This document shows, in pieces, positions 9,423 to 18,433 of a stretch of 35,401 bases of DNA (positions are counted from its first letter, which is position 1; every line of letters begins with the position of its first letter). The notes under the pieces are model-generated. The model made no database searches, was not told the origin of the DNA, and worked only from the letters and a program-made list of their open reading frames with translations. A program made the translations under genes and the position numbers. Source of the DNA: Bacteroidota bacterium. Its GTDB lineage: Bacteria; Bacteroidota; Bacteroidia; Sphingobacteriales; Sphingobacteriaceae. The stretch is taken from assembly GCA_025355225.1 (NCBI GenBank), contig JANYAB010000746.1, positions 1 through 35,401 of the forward strand. The letters run 5' to 3'.

Positions 9423-11144
9423 ATGGACACCGTGAATGTTAAACCCGCTGCAATAAAAGCAAGTACCTATGATGCCATTGTTATCGGTTCAGGTATTAGT
9501 GGTGGCTGGGCTGCTAAAGAACTATGCGAACAAGGCCTGAAAACACTTGTTTTGGAGCGTGGACGAAATGTTGAACACATTATAGATTATCCTACAGCTA
9601 ATACGCCTCCCTGGCAGTTCAAACATCGGGGCAGAATGAGTGCCGCGTTTCTGAAAGAAAACCCCCTGATCAGCAAAGCTGCGGGTTATGGAGAAGATAA
9701 TGAACATTTTTTTGTAAAGGATAAGGATCACCCTTACATACAGGAAAAACCTTTCGATTGGATAAGGGGATACCAGGTAGGTGGGAAGTCGCTCACCTGG
9801 GGGCGTGCCTGCCAGCGATGGAGCGAATTTGAATTTACCAATCCGGAACGTTTTGGCTATGGAATAGGGTGGCCTATTGGCTATGAGGACGTTGCACCCT
9901 GGTATTCGCACGTAGAGAAATTTATAGGTGTATGCGGTAGTAAGGATGGCATAGAGGCTATGCCCGACGGCGAATTTTTACCGCCTTTCGAAATGAACTG
10001 TGTACAGGAAGTAATCAGCAAAAAAATAAATGAAACTTACAAAGACCGCCATTTGGTACATGCCAGATGGGCGCATTTAACCAAACCTAACCAGATCCAT
10101 TTAGATCAGGGGAGGGCCCAATGCCAGGCGCGCAACATGTGTATGCGTGGCTGCCCCTTCGGCGGTTATTTCAGTTCGAACAGTTGTACTTTACCCTGGG
10201 CAAAAAGGACCGGAAACTTAACGATCAGGCCTTTTTCAGTAGTTCATTCTATTATTTACGATGAAAAACTTGGCAAGGCGTCTGGAGTTCGGGTAATTGA
10301 TACGAATACAAAAGAGATAATTGAATATTCAGCGCGTATAGTTTTTTTAAATGCATCTGCTTTGAACAGCAACCTGGTGCTGCTGAATTCCACCTCTAAT
10401 CGTTTCCCTAATGGTTTAGGCAACGACAATGGCCTGCTGGGGAAATATGTGGCATTTCAGAATTATCGTGCTTCGGTCACCGCGGAGATCGATGGCTTCC
10501 TGGACAAATATTATTTCGGCCGTAATCCAACCGAGCTTATTTTGGCTAATTACCGCAACCTCCACAAACACGAGACCGACTATTTCGGGGGCTTTACTAC
10601 TTTTATGGGTGCTTATCGCGACAAAAGGCCCGGTGAGACTGACCAGGGACAGGTTGGCGCCGCTTACAAAGACTCGCTTACCGAACCAGGCGGATGGCGG
10701 GTTTATATGTATATGCAGGGCGAAACTGTACCTAAAGCAGCCAATCATGTGCGCTTAAGCAAGGATCAGAAAGATCAATGGGGAATCCCGCTGCTCATTA
10801 CCTCGGTAGAATATGATGATAATGATGAGCGGATGATACAGGACTTTTTAAAAGAAAGCTCATCGATGCTGACCATGGCGGGATGCAAAAATGTTGAGAC
10901 TTACGAGAACAAGCAAGCGCCCGGCCTTGACATTCACGAGATGGGCGGCTGTCGTATGGGGAAAGATCCTAAAACATCATTACTGAACAAATGGAACCAG
11001 TTGCATTTGTGTAAGAATGTATTTGTGACCGATGGCGCATGTATGACAAGTACAGGCAATCAGAGCCCATCCATTCTATATATGGCTTTAACAGCAAGGG
11101 CGGCGAATTATGCAGTTAGCGAAATGAAGAAAGGAAATTTGTGA
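9423..11144 (+). CDS. GMC-family FAD oxidoreductase (glycoside 3-dehydrogenase / gluconate 2-dehydrogenase large-subunit type)
   Basis: GSGISG FAD motif; GGKSLTWG; Cys cluster CQARNMCMRGC; C-terminal HEMGGCRMG and NVFVTDGA. Confidence 0.88.
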   Translation: MDTVNVKPAAIKASTYDAIVIGSGISGGWAAKELCEQGLKTLVLERGRNVEHIIDYPTANTPPWQFKHRGRMSAAFLKENPLISKAAGYGEDNEHFFVKDKDHPYIQEKPFDWIRGYQVGGKSLTWGRACQRWSEFEFTNPERFGYGIGWPIGYEDVAPWYSHVEKFIGVCGSKDGIEAMPDGEFLPPFEMNCVQEVISKKINETYKDRHLVHARWAHLTKPNQIHLDQGRAQCQARNMCMRGCPFGGYFSSNSCTLPWAKRTGNLTIRPFSVVHSIIYDEKLGKASGVRVIDTNTKEIIEYSARIVFLNASALNSNLVLLNSTSNRFPNGLGNDNGLLGKYVAFQNYRASVTAEIDGFLDKYYFGRNPTELILANYRNLHKHETDYFGGFTTFMGAYRDKRPGETDQGQVGAAYKDSLTEPGGWRVYMYMQGETVPKAANHVRLSKDQKDQWGIPLLITSVEYDDNDERMIQDFLKESSSMLTMAGCKNVETYENKQAPGLDIHEMGGCRMGKDPKTSLLNKWNQLHLCKNVFVTDGACMTSTGNQSPSILYMALTARAANYAVSEMKKGNL

Positions 11145-11219
11145 CTATATTTATTTTTAATAATTGATGTTCAAATTATCCTGTTTAAAACTAAGCTTCT
11201 CACAATAAAACTATTTTAA

Positions 11220-13466
11220 ATGATCAAAATAAACTGGAAAGTAATAGGTATGCTGACGCTTGCAGGCTGCCTGGTAACCGGTAATAAAGCACTGGCACAG
11301 CAGGATAGCATTGACTTGAAAGTAGAGAGCCTGTTGGGCAAAATGACCCTGGCCGAAAAAATTGGACAACTAAATCAATATAATGGTGATTGGGAGGCCA
11401 CCGGTCCGGTTACTAAAGACGTGGGCAACAAAATTAATGAGATAAAGCAGGGCAGGGTAGGTGCTGTTTTAAATATTATGGGCACCACGCATATTCGCAC
11501 TTTTCAGGATGCTGCCATGCAGTCGCGTTTGAAGATCCCTTTATTGTTTGGGCAGGATGTAATACATGGTTACCGGATCACTTTTCCTATTCCGCTGGGC
11601 GAAGCATCCAGTTGGGATATGAAAGCTATTGAGCAATCGGCACGTATTGCTGCTACCGAAGCATCAGCATCTGGCATAAACTGGACATTTGCCCCGATGG
11701 TGGATATTGCCCGCGACCCGCGCTGGGGGCGTGTAATGGAAGGCGCCGGCGAGGACCCTTATCTCGGATCGCTTATTGCCACAGCAAGGGTAAAAGGTTT
11801 CCAGGGGAATGGACTGGGCAGCATTGACGCGGTAATGGCCTGCGCCAAGCACTTTGCAGCTTATGGCGCGGCTATAGGCGGGCGTGATTATAATAGCGTG
11901 GATATGGGCCTGCATACGTTGTGGGAAATCTACCTTCCGCCGTTCAAAGCAGCGCTTGATGCAGGGGTAGCTACCTTCATGAATTCGTTTAACGACTTGA
12001 ACGGTATACCGGCTACCGGTAATAACTATTTGCAGCGCGACATTCTGAAAGGCAAATGGGGCTTTAAAGGATTTGTAGTGAGCGACTGGGGTTCAATTGG
12101 TGAAATGATCAACCACGGGTACGTTAAAGATAATTATGAAGCAGCTGAAGTGGCCTTAAAGGCGGGCAGTGATATGGATATGGAAAGCAGGAGCTATATA
12201 AACAACCTAAGTAAGCTGGTGGCTGATAATAAAGTGCCTGTAAGTTTAATAGACGATGCCGCGAAAAGAATATTAAGGAAAAAATTTGAAATGGGCTTGT
12301 TTGATGACCCTTACCGCTTCATTAACGCCAAAAGGGAAAAAACCGCGCTGAATACGCCTGAAAATATTGAAGCAGCCAGGGATATCGCCCGCAAAAGTAT
12401 TGTATTACTAAAAAATGAACATCAGCTGTTACCGCTTTCAAAAGACTTGAAAACTATTGCGGTGATCGGCCCACTTGCGAATGCTAAAAAGGAATTAAAA
12501 GGGTTTTGGTCGCTAGAGATAGATAAGAATGAGAATAATGTTTCATTGTTGGAAGGAATGCAGAAACAGGCCGGACAAACAAAATTGATCTACGCGCAGG
12601 GATGCAATATAACCGATAATTCTCGGGTTGGGTTTGCTGATGCCATTGCCGCGGCCCAAAAAGCTGATGTGATAGTAATGGCAGTGGGCGAAGCGCCCGA
12701 TATGACGGGCGAAGCAAAAAGCAAATCGAATATTCGCCTTCCTGATATACAGGAGCAACTGATAAAAGAAATGAAGGCGACAGGGAAACCAGTCGTAGTT
12801 TTATTAATGGCTGGCAGGCCAATGATATTTAACTGGACGGCAGACAATGTACCGGCGATTTTATATACATGGTGGTTGGGCAGCCAGGGCGGTAATGCCA
12901 TGGCGGATGTGTTGTATGGAAATTATAACCCATCGGGCAAATTGCCTATTACCTTCCCACGGTCCGAAGGGCAAATACCCATTTATTATAACCACTACAA
13001 TACCGGAAGACCGGCGCAGGGCGACAACGATCTGTATTATAAATCTGCCTATATTGATCTTCCTAATTCTCCGCGCTATGCATTTGGCTATGGCTTAAGT
13101 TATACCACTTTTGAATACCAGGATGATCCGTTCTACAGTAAAATAGCAATGAAAGATAACCAGACATTGGCTATTTCATTTGTCTTGAAAAATACCGGGA
13201 AATATGCCGGGGAAGAAGTGGTACAATTGTATATACGCGATCTTGTATCGCAGCCGTTGCGCCCTGTAAAGGAGCTGAAGGACTTCCGTAAAATATTATT
13301 GCAGCCTGGAGAAAGCAGGCGGGTAACATTTAATATCAACAAAAATATGCTATCGTTTTATAATGACAAACAGGAATTGATAACCCAGCCGGGCGATTTT
13401 CAGGTAATGATAGGAAGCGCGTCAAACGATATCAGGCTTCAACGAACTTTTGAATTGGTTAATTAA
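11220..13466 (+). CDS. bglX: Periplasmic GH3 beta-glucosidase BglX
   Basis: Signal peptide; DVIHG, RDPRWGR, CAKHF, VSDW nucleophile motif; C-terminal Fn3-like EVVQLY...KELKDF. Confidence 0.93.
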   Translation: MIKINWKVIGMLTLAGCLVTGNKALAQQDSIDLKVESLLGKMTLAEKIGQLNQYNGDWEATGPVTKDVGNKINEIKQGRVGAVLNIMGTTHIRTFQDAAMQSRLKIPLLFGQDVIHGYRITFPIPLGEASSWDMKAIEQSARIAATEASASGINWTFAPMVDIARDPRWGRVMEGAGEDPYLGSLIATARVKGFQGNGLGSIDAVMACAKHFAAYGAAIGGRDYNSVDMGLHTLWEIYLPPFKAALDAGVATFMNSFNDLNGIPATGNNYLQRDILKGKWGFKGFVVSDWGSIGEMINHGYVKDNYEAAEVALKAGSDMDMESRSYINNLSKLVADNKVPVSLIDDAAKRILRKKFEMGLFDDPYRFINAKREKTALNTPENIEAARDIARKSIVLLKNEHQLLPLSKDLKTIAVIGPLANAKKELKGFWSLEIDKNENNVSLLEGMQKQAGQTKLIYAQGCNITDNSRVGFADAIAAAQKADVIVMAVGEAPDMTGEAKSKSNIRLPDIQEQLIKEMKATGKPVVVLLMAGRPMIFNWTADNVPAILYTWWLGSQGGNAMADVLYGNYNPSGKLPITFPRSEGQIPIYYNHYNTGRPAQGDNDLYYKSAYIDLPNSPRYAFGYGLSYTTFEYQDDPFYSKIAMKDNQTLAISFVLKNTGKYAGEEVVQLYIRDLVSQPLRPVKELKDFRKILLQPGESRRVTFNINKNMLSFYNDKQELITQPGDFQVMIGSASNDIRLQRTFELVN

Positions 13467-13641
13467 TGGGACAGGATAGATCGCAGCGTTTGTTAAGGAT
13501 AGGCTAAAGGGATTCAGATAAACAAAGATTGTAGTTCAACCAGTGTTTCCTGATGATTACCTGGCCAGGTGGCATGCATCTTTGTTGGGTGCAGGCTGAT
13601 CAGGTAATGTGGGTATTGGTGGAGTAGAATTATAAAATATA

Positions 13642-13827
13642 TTAGTTTTTAGCAGGAGGTTCAGACACTATCTCTCCAAACTCATTAACGTAAGCCATCA
13701 TGCTTTCGAGGTCGCCGCCGGTAGAGCCTTCCTTGCGTTCCTGTTTGCGCTGCTGCTTATCCTCTCTCTTTTTCAGTTTATTTTTTTCGAGCTGCTTTTT
13801 CATGAAGGTTGCCTGGGACTTTGCCAT
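13642..13827 (-). CDS. Small basic protein associated with cold-shock genes
   Basis: 61 aa MAKSQATFMKK...MMAYVNEFGEIVSEPP; resembles from memory a conserved Bacteroidota small-protein family; directly downstream of the csp gene. Confidence 0.7.
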   Translation of the reverse strand: MAKSQATFMKKQLEKNKLKKREDKQQRKQERKEGSTGGDLESMMAYVNEFGEIVSEPPAKN

Positions 13828-13883
13828 ACTTTTATTTATTTATGTGAATGATGCCGTATTGAGATATTAAAACGGTTTAAAAC

Positions 13884-13913
13884 AAAAAGCACCCCGATGT
13901 TAACCAGGGTGCC
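13884..13913 (-). terminator. Intrinsic terminator after csp
   Basis: Minus strand gcaccc-tggttaacatcg-gggtgc followed by TTTTT. Confidence 0.6.
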
Positions 13914-13935
13914 ACGATTAACCTATAGTGATTTT

Positions 13936-14130
13936 TTAGATTACCTTTACATTTACCGCACTAAGGCCTTTTTTGCCTTCTTCTACATCAAATTGTACCC
14001 TGTCATTGTCACGGATCTGATCGATAAGACCGGTTGAATGTACAAAAATATCGCTTCTATCATCAGTTTGAGAGATGAATCCGAATCCTTTTGTAACATT
14101 GAAAAACTTTACTGTTCCTTCTTTTTGCAT
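13936..14130 (-). CDS. cspA: Cold-shock domain protein
   Basis: GTVKFFN, RNP1 KGFGFI, RNP2 IFVH, GKKGLSAVNV. Confidence 0.95.
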   Translation of the reverse strand: MQKEGTVKFFNVTKGFGFISQTDDRSDIFVHSTGLIDQIRDNDRVQFDVEEGKKGLSAVNVKVI

Positions 14131-14748
14131 TATGTATTTTTTAATAAGCCCGCAAGTTAAGCATTAATCCGGCATATTTTCCTTTTGGTAAATATAATTA
14201 ACGTTTATTCTATAAAAATACAACATCCAAAGTTGATTGAGCGTTTAAGTAAAAAAGCGGATATGAAAAGAATTATAGTAAAAAAAGAAAGTTTTTTACA
14301 TTATAATTACATATCTTTATAGAACCAATACTACATAAATTGCTGTTACTTTAAATTTTTGCTGATACTTAGGCATTGCCAGTTTTCTGATCGGGTAATA
14401 TTTAAGCATTTTACTTAATCAGGGAGCTATGAGATCTAATTTAATTAAATATTGTCGTGTTTTCAGGGATGAAGCCCCGATAAGCTTAACTAACAACATA
14501 AAACACCTGACAATCAATCACTTCCAAAATGCGTCCCATGGCACGCACGCAGTAAACATACTTTATCCCATCTCTCGCAGCAGTGATTTATTGCTGCGGT
14601 TGCTCTATTTTACCGGTATCCAAATAAATAAAAGACTGCGATGTGCTATTGGATAATATCAGTAATGAGCGGGCTCCGCTATTTTCAATCCTTTTTTTCA
14701 ATCATTTTCACTTATAATCCCAATACAACCAATTAACAAAGAAACCCG

Positions 14749-15837
14749 ATGGCATTTTTAGATCACGTATTACAAGCCCCTTCATATGGTTGGCAGGATA
14801 CAAGCGGAAGTTTGATTAAACCAACTTCCGGACAAATATTTAATGAGTTTTTCTCGAGGCTAAATGTGTTTAAAAACCGCAAAAACTGGCTGCCTTTTTT
14901 TAGCTGGGTCAAGGTCCTGTGCCTGATCCCTTTCTTTGCGCTGTTCGTTTTTCATTTTTTTAGCCTGTATATGTTGCTGGCGGCCTTTTTATACAGCATG
15001 ATCATCATGGGAACGCATGGTACCATCTGGCACCACAGGTATTGTACCCACGGCGCCTACAAATTCCGGAATAATTTCTGGCGGTTTTTTACGCAGAATT
15101 TAACCCTGAACGTTATACCCGAAGAGATTTATGTGATATCCCATCATGTGCATCATGCCAAATCAGATCAGCCTGGCGATCCTTATAATGCATATGCCGG
15201 TTTTTTGTACTGTTTTCTGGCAGATGTAAACCATCAACCCATTGCAAAGAATCTGAGTGAAGCAGATTACAACCGCATAAAGCTATTAATGCTGCATACT
15301 GGTATTAAAGGCAATACATACGCGCAGTATCAGCGTTGGGGCTCCTATGTAAATCCCGGCAGGGCTGTGTTATCATGGCTGTGCAACTGGACATTTTGGT
15401 ACCTTGTTTTCTTTTTAATAGGCGGCCATGCGCTTGCCTGTACCTTGTTTGGCGCTGCTGGTTTCTGGGCAATTGGTGTGCGTACTTTTAATTTTGAAGG
15501 ACATGGAAAGGGATCCGGCGAGCAACGTGAAGGAATAGATTTTAATCATAAAGACAAATCAGTTAACCAAATATGGCCGGGCTTCGTTGCCGGCGAATGG
15601 CACAACAATCATCACCTGTTCCCAAAAAGCGCCCGGAGCGGTTTCAAGCCTATGCAACTTGACCTTGCCTGGCAGTATATTCACCTGATGCACCGGCTGG
15701 GAGCTGTTAAAAGTTATAAGGATAACAAGAAGCAATTTAATGCGCTGTATTACTTCCCCGAACTGGCAAGGAAAAAAGAATTAGCAGCAGAAAAGCGCAG
15801 TCTTCATAAAAATTTAAAAGGGCAGGTTAATTCCTAA
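14749..15837 (+). CDS. Membrane fatty acid desaturase (delta-9 acyl-CoA/acyl-lipid type)
   Basis: Three His boxes HHRYCTH, HHVHH, GEWHNNHH; hydrophobic segments. Confidence 0.88.
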   Translation: MAFLDHVLQAPSYGWQDTSGSLIKPTSGQIFNEFFSRLNVFKNRKNWLPFFSWVKVLCLIPFFALFVFHFFSLYMLLAAFLYSMIIMGTHGTIWHHRYCTHGAYKFRNNFWRFFTQNLTLNVIPEEIYVISHHVHHAKSDQPGDPYNAYAGFLYCFLADVNHQPIAKNLSEADYNRIKLLMLHTGIKGNTYAQYQRWGSYVNPGRAVLSWLCNWTFWYLVFFLIGGHALACTLFGAAGFWAIGVRTFNFEGHGKGSGEQREGIDFNHKDKSVNQIWPGFVAGEWHNNHHLFPKSARSGFKPMQLDLAWQYIHLMHRLGAVKSYKDNKKQFNALYYFPELARKKELAAEKRSLHKNLKGQVNS

Positions 15838-15874
15838 TATAAAACGGTTCCCTGATTCGATTTTTCGATTGTGT

Positions 15875-15914
15875 AAAGAAAGCCTGCAAGTTCAAGGACT
15901 GGCAGGCTTTCTTT
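15875..15914 (+). terminator. Intrinsic terminator
   Basis: 13-bp inverted repeat aaagaaagcctgc / gcaggctttcttt downstream of the desaturase. Confidence 0.8.
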
Positions 15915-16014
15915 GTGTTTTAAAAGATCGCAAATAATGCCACTACTTTTGGGATATATATGTAGTTTTAAACTAAGATTTTCCATTACTCAATGTCATT
16001 AAAGAATATTCGCG

Positions 16015-16167
16015 ATGAGCTTAAAAAGAATATTTAAAAAATATACTGCCGAAGAAATTGCTGAGGCAATGATAATACCTGTAAAGCTTACACCAAAACA
16101 AAAACAGGAAGCCGACAGGCAGCTGGCTGAATACCGTGCGAAACGAAGGACGGAAATGAGACCTTAA
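16015..16167 (+). CDS. Small ORF (50 aa), possibly a truncated gene remnant; not in the ORF track
   Basis: Hand-translated MSLKRIFKKYTAEEIAEAMIIPVKLTPKQKQEADRQLAEYRAKRRTEMRP*; fills an intergenic gap, protein-like helical composition. Confidence 0.5.
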   Translation: MSLKRIFKKYTAEEIAEAMIIPVKLTPKQKQEADRQLAEYRAKRRTEMRP

Positions 16168-16211
16168 GTGACGCATTGCATGCAATTCACCATATAAAAT
16201 ACACTTCCGCT

Positions 16212-17063
16212 TTATAATTTATTCGAATTAAGCACCGGATTTTGGCTGGCATTTACCTGGTAGGTATGTATTTCGTTGGCTTCGTTTACCTCTACAATTC
16301 GGTAGCCTCTATAGTCTGTACCCCAGTCGCCACCAATATGGGCGTCAAATAAATGCGGCAACTTGCCGGTATGGCGTACGCCATCCAACCTGTGATCATG
16401 CCCATGGAATACGGCCTTTACATTAGCGTAGACGTGCAGCAGGTTAACTGTTTCAGGGCAGTCAGTAAATGTTAATTGTTCTTCCTTCAACCATATTACA
16501 GGGGCGATATGTAATATTACAAATACGATTTTTTTGTCGGTAAATTTATCAAGCGCACTTTTAATAAAAGCATTATCGGGACACACATATCCGCCCTTTG
16601 TATCAGCTGTATTGGCCAATACAAAAGCGATATCATCATGCTCAAAAAAGTATTTGTCCTCGTACCCGAAAACATTTTTCCAAACTTGCGCGTCTGCAAA
16701 ATCATGGTTTCCCGGTATGGTGTGGTAGGGCACGCTGAGTTTATCCAGGTAGTTTTTCTTTATCTCGGGTAGCAATGCAGGTTGATTGTGCACCAGGTCG
16801 CCATTTATGATCACAAAATCAAGGTGATTTTTGCTATGGTCTTCGTTTAGCCATTTAACCATGTTGCCGGTATGCAAAACATAATCAGTACCCGCTTGTC
16901 CATAATGGATATCCGACGCCAGGGCGAAGCGTAATTTAAAATTCCCCTTTGTTTGCCTAACGTAATCGTTACTGTCTTTCGCAAACGTATTAATTGCCGG
17001 CAACAGGCTCAACCCGGCTATTCCGGCGATGGAAGTTTCTAAAAATTTTCTTCGGCTGCTCAT
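16212..17063 (-). CDS. Tat-exported calcineurin-like metallophosphoesterase
   Basis: SRRKFL twin-arginine signal; motifs SDIH, NGDL, GNHD, FHGHDH. Confidence 0.9.
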   Translation of the reverse strand: MSSRRKFLETSIAGIAGLSLLPAINTFAKDSNDYVRQTKGNFKLRFALASDIHYGQAGTDYVLHTGNMVKWLNEDHSKNHLDFVIINGDLVHNQPALLPEIKKNYLDKLSVPYHTIPGNHDFADAQVWKNVFGYEDKYFFEHDDIAFVLANTADTKGGYVCPDNAFIKSALDKFTDKKIVFVILHIAPVIWLKEEQLTFTDCPETVNLLHVYANVKAVFHGHDHRLDGVRHTGKLPHLFDAHIGGDWGTDYRGYRIVEVNEANEIHTYQVNASQNPVLNSNKL

Positions 17064-17113
17064 CTGTAGTATTGTTAAAGAAATATTTGTTCTAATTACA
17101 ATATTACTTATTT

Positions 17114-17204
17114 ATTGGTTGATTGAGTTATGCAGTTGATTAAGTTAAGTAGTGATCAAGCAAATATTCAGTCGAATCCAACTTAATCAACCCAATCAGC
17201 CAAT
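17114..17204. repeat. Intergenic palindromic element (GGTTGATT / AATCAACC units), copy 1
   Basis: ggttgattgagtt...gttgattaagttaagt then aacttaatcaacccaatcagccaat; 16-mer gttgattaagttaagt shared with 25012-25027. Confidence 0.7.
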
Positions 17205-17207
17205 CCC

Positions 17208-18320
17208 TCACTTACTTAACCCGGATTTTTCTTTAATCATCATAGTTTCGATGGCATTTCCCACCTCGTGATCTGAGCTTGTCTTAAAATCGAACCCCAG
17301 AAATTTCGCCATGCTTTGGGCCAATTGCTTGTGGTAGGTAGTGGTGGGTGTTTTAATTATTCCGTCGGCGGGTGTGTCGGGACCGATAACGGCCACCCAG
17401 GTTTGCTCGGAGTTTTTGATCCATGATCCATGATTTCGCCAGTTGTCCAATGGTAAATCACCACGCCCGTGGTCACAGGTTACAATCAGGGTAGTTTTGT
17501 TTTTATATGTTGGGTCAGTTTGGAGGTATTCCCATAATTCTTGTAAAAAAGCATCTTCCTGGTGTGCCTGGCTCAGGTACATTTTGTAGTTACCTGCATG
17601 GGCCATGTCATCAGTCTCATCAAAAGCAAGGTACAATACCCGTGGCTTGTATTGTTTTAAATATTCCTTACCAAACTCATAGGTCATAAAATCTATTCGG
17701 GTATCGCCCAGGTAAGTGGGCGCTTTGTGTTGTATTTCGTTTAGATATTTTAAACGCTCATCATTTGTTTTATTCTCAAAATCGGTATATCCCGCGTTTA
17801 CTTTTAATCCCGAACGCTGAACATTAAATATAGCCGGGAAAACCTCCCATGATGCGAACACAGCGACTTTGTTTTCAAAGCCTTTTTGCTTATTGAGATA
17901 CTCAAGTACATTGGTGTTGGGATTGAGCACCGGGTTATTACTATTTACCCTAACATCCGGGAAACCGGTAAATATTTCGTTATAACCGGGGTACGAAAAA
18001 TGATATTTATTAGCTACTTCATCAAAATTTCCCGTATCCCTGTCGCCATACAATTGCCCTTCAGTTACCATGGTCGACCAAAAAAAAGGCATCAGCAGCT
18101 TGCGGCGCTCCTCTGTTGTTTGGCTCCAGTATTTTTTACGTATTTCAGTCTTGTTTTCGGTGTATTTTGAGTTGATTAAAGCCGAATCTGCACCCCGGTA
18201 AAGCTCCTGCCAACGAAAACCGTCGAGCGTTACGATTACTATATTTTGTGTTTTATGGTTCTGTGCAAACAGTTGCGGTACAACTGCAAAGACTAAAAGC
18301 AATAAATTGAGTTTCTTCAT
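17208..18320 (-). CDS. Secreted alkaline-phosphatase-superfamily metalloenzyme
   Basis: TLDGFR, FSYPGY (putative Ser nucleophile), DETDDMAH, TCDHG metal ligands; start moved to ATG 18320 (MKKLNLLLL signal peptide). Confidence 0.8.
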   Translation of the reverse strand: MKKLNLLLLVFAVVPQLFAQNHKTQNIVIVTLDGFRWQELYRGADSALINSKYTENKTEIRKKYWSQTTEERRKLLMPFFWSTMVTEGQLYGDRDTGNFDEVANKYHFSYPGYNEIFTGFPDVRVNSNNPVLNPNTNVLEYLNKQKGFENKVAVFASWEVFPAIFNVQRSGLKVNAGYTDFENKTNDERLKYLNEIQHKAPTYLGDTRIDFMTYEFGKEYLKQYKPRVLYLAFDETDDMAHAGNYKMYLSQAHQEDAFLQELWEYLQTDPTYKNKTTLIVTCDHGRGDLPLDNWRNHGSWIKNSEQTWVAVIGPDTPADGIIKTPTTTYHKQLAQSMAKFLGFDFKTSSDHEVGNAIETMMIKEKSGLSK

Positions 18321-18343
18321 ATAGTGCTTGATTATATAACAAA

Positions 18344-18375
18344 AATAAAGGCGGGAGATTAAGCCCACCTTTATT
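18344..18375 (-). terminator. Intra-operon hairpin/terminator after susD
   Basis: Minus strand aataaaggtggg-cttaatct-cccgcctttatt followed by TTT. Confidence 0.6.
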
Positions 18376-18433
18376 GAAATTTAATTTAAAAATTGTTGGT
18401 AATTTGTCTATTGTTAGTAATTATTACCCTTGG

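Noticed and set aside
13556-13609. attacctg...caggtaat and acctggccaggt palindromes between bglX and the small ORF
   Set aside because: Short stems with no T tract or second copy; insufficient support for a feature
14576-14650. SAM-II-riboswitch-like look (cgcagca-gtgatttat-tgctgcg hairpin upstream of the desaturase)
   Set aside because: TTGC is inside the stem, the downstream GCTAAA pseudoknot partner is missing, and the gene context is not methionine related; kept only as a plain hairpin
14429-14656. 75-aa ORF in the csp-desaturase spacer
   Set aside because: No recognisable motif or protein-like composition; probably a chance ORF in a regulatory region
15969-15981. TAAACTAAGATTT, 11/13 match to the phosphonate-locus operator
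   Set aside because: Palindrome broken, not upstream of a locus gene, and plausible by chance in AT-rich DNA
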